The notes beneath the pieces are model-generated. The model ran no database searches and was not told the DNA's origin. It saw only the letters and a list, made by a program, of their open reading frames with translations. From Polyangiaceae bacterium (lineage in GTDB: Bacteria > Myxococcota_A > Polyangia > Polyangiales > Polyangiaceae): 64,000 nt of DNA. Every line of letters begins with the position of its first letter. The stretch's first letter is position 1. Location of the stretch: positions 288,001-352,000 of the forward strand of contig JBNKBE010000002.1 of assembly GCA_050287085.1 (NCBI GenBank). Direction: 5' to 3'. A program made the translations under genes and the position numbers. Of the stretch, positions 62,238 through 64,000 are shown in pieces.

Positions 62238-63199
62238 CAGAATCTCCCGAGTACGGCTGCACCAGCCCCTGTCTGCGTTACCCAGGGAGACAGTCTCACC
62301 GCTCCTGCGCTCGTCTCCGTTTCATCGCTGGCCAAGAGGTAGGTGGTCAATCCTGCGCCTAGGATTGCACCACCGGCGCCAATCAAATTCACGACGCCCC
62401 AGGTCTCAGCGCTCGAGCGTTTCTGCGGGTCCTCATATTGGTCGATGTAGATGATGCCACTCACCGTAAATAACGCGCCAAGCGCCAGCGTGGTGCTTCC
62501 AGCCACGAGCACGGCGGTGCTGAATCCGCTGGATTCAGCTGCAACGCTTTGCTCGTCTTTTTGCATCTCTTCCGCGTTCGGGGACAGCCTTGGAATCTCC
62601 ACGACCACGTCGTCCGATTCAGCACCGATGCTTACCTTCATGGTCCACGGTTGATAACCTGGGGCAGACGCCGTCAGTTCGTGCTCCCCGGGGTCGAGCG
62701 GTGATCGCGAGCCCCACAGCGGCTCACCCAATTGCGTGCCGTCGAGGCGGAGGATTAGCCCTTCTAGCGCGGCCTCTCGGGGGACGTCTACGGTCAAGTA
62801 GGATAGGATAGCTTCGAGCCGTTGGCTTTCCGTTTGAGCGAAACGCAGGCGGTCGTCTCCCGCCTGTTCCAGCTTCTGGCGCGCCAATTCATACTCTGAC
62901 CAAGCGGTCGCGGTCTTGCCACGCTTGTCGTGGCACGCGGCCATGTTGAGCAACGTCCCAGACCCCGGATCTAGACGATAACTCTCCTCAAACTTGGGGC
63001 ACGCTTCCTTGAACTGGCCCTTGGTGTACAGCTTACGACCATCTTGGAACAGCTTCTCGGCTAGCGCAGTGCGGCTGTCGGCGTTTGCACGGCTGCTGAG
63101 AGAAATAAAGCTGCCTGAGATGGCAAGGGTGAGCAGGATTGCCGGGCAAATGAAGTCTTTCAAGACACCGATGATGCCTCCAGTGGAGCGTTGGCGCAA
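62237..63199 (-). CDS. TPR + PEGA domain protein
   Basis: AEKLFQDG...ACPKFEESYRLDP..GTLLN and LDPGEHELTASAPG; TGATG coupling to the next gene. Start uncertain. Confidence 0.85.
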   Translation of the reverse strand: MRQRSTGGIIGVLKDFICPAILLTLAISGSFISLSSRANADSRTALAEKLFQDGRKLYTKGQFKEACPKFEESYRLDPGSGTLLNMAACHDKRGKTATAWSEYELARQKLEQAGDDRLRFAQTESQRLEAILSYLTVDVPREAALEGLILRLDGTQLGEPLWGSRSPLDPGEHELTASAPGYQPWTMKVSIGAESDDVVVEIPRLSPNAEEMQKDEQSVAAESSGFSTAVLVAGSTTLALGALFTVSGIIYIDQYEDPQKRSSAETWGVVNLIGAGGAILGAGLTTYLLASDETETSAGAVRLSPWVTQTGAGAAVLGRF

Positions 63200-63255
63200 C
63201 AGGTCGCCGTTGTCGCTGGCCCTAGGCTGGGTCCGCTGGTAAGGAAAGCAACGCG

Positions 63256-64000
63256 ATGAAAGTCCTTGAGGTTGGGCAGCAGTTTGCTGGGCGCTACCGT
63301 GTGCTTCGGGCGCTGGCCAGCGGCGGCATGGGCGCCGTCTACGTCGCCCTCCAGGAGGCGACCGAGCTGCAGGTCGCGCTCAAGGTGCTTTGGCCTCACG
63401 TGCTCGAAGCCAAGGACGCCGTCGAGCGCTTTCAACTGGAGGCCAGGGTCGCGGCGCGTATCCAAAGTGACAATATTGTTAGGGTGTTCGACGCTGGATA
63501 CGATCAAGCCAGTCACATGCCCTTCCTGGTCATGGAGCTGCTCCAGGGGCAGGATCTGGATGAACTGGTGCGGCAACGCGGGCCGCTTCCGCCTGAGCTA
63601 GCAGTGCCGTGGCTGCGGCAGGTGTCGTCTGCTTTGGATAAGGCTCACTCGTACCGCGACTCAAGCGGGGCGTTAGTTCCGATCGTGCATCGAGATTTGA
63701 AGCCGGAGAATTTGTTTCTCACCGTTCGGGACAACGGTGAGCACGTCATCAAAGTGCTTGATTTCGGCATCGCGAAGGTGCTCAGCCGATCTACGAGTGT
63801 GACCCGAGCCGCGCTAGGTACGCCTGTCTACATGGCTTACGAGCAGGCTGCTGGCGAAGCCATTTCTCCTCAAACGGACATCTGGGCGCTGGGACTGATC
63901 GCATACTTCCTACTGACGGGGGGCTCCTATTGGAGGGCCGCACAAGGGGAAGGTGATATTCGGGCGCTGTTCGCTGAGATTCTCAGTCTACCCATCACGC
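63256..64000 (+). CDS. Ser/Thr protein kinase (runs off the window)
   Basis: Manual translation MKVLEVGQQFAGRYRV...GGMGAVY, VALK, HRDLKPEN, DFG, GTPVYMAYE and DIWALG. Confidence 0.95.
   Translation, partial: MKVLEVGQQFAGRYRVLRALASGGMGAVYVALQEATELQVALKVLWPHVLEAKDAVERFQLEARVAARIQSDNIVRVFDAGYDQASHMPFLVMELLQGQDLDELVRQRGPLPPELAVPWLRQVSSALDKAHSYRDSSGALVPIVHRDLKPENLFLTVRDNGEHVIKVLDFGIAKVLSRSTSVTRAALGTPVYMAYEQAAGEAISPQTDIWALGLIAYFLLTGGSYWRAAQGEGDIRALFAEILSLPIT

Overview
GC-rich core-chromosome segment, most likely from a Myxococcota bacterium of the Sorangium/Polyangium type. This is inferred from MYXO-CTERM tails, DUF2330, PEGA/TPR proteins, Hanks-type Ser/Thr kinases and Cys-rich lipoproteins. Housekeeping genes include yceD-rpmF-fabD-fabG-acpP, purF, pilB-pilT, moeB, bioB, glnD, parAB, tig-clpP-clpX-lon, tRNA-Val(TAC) and tRNA-Asp(GTC). 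They are interspersed with envelope and lipoprotein genes. I see no CRISPR array, IS element, integrase, prophage or defence island. The best leads are: (1) a PilB/GspE-family ATPase with an apparent two-helix membrane anchor, coupled to a PEGA protein and with no PilC/GspF platform gene nearby; (2) a small acidic ORF between parA and tig with a strongly structured leader that carries hammerhead-like core motifs; (3) about 13 genes with a -10-like hexamer 6-9 nt before an SD-less start codon, suggesting widespread leaderless mRNAs; (4) a GT-C-like plus alpha/alpha-barrel gene pair; (5) an acyl-CoA dehydrogenase lacking both canonical catalytic Glu positions. Product names come from motif recognition by eye. 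No database searches were run.
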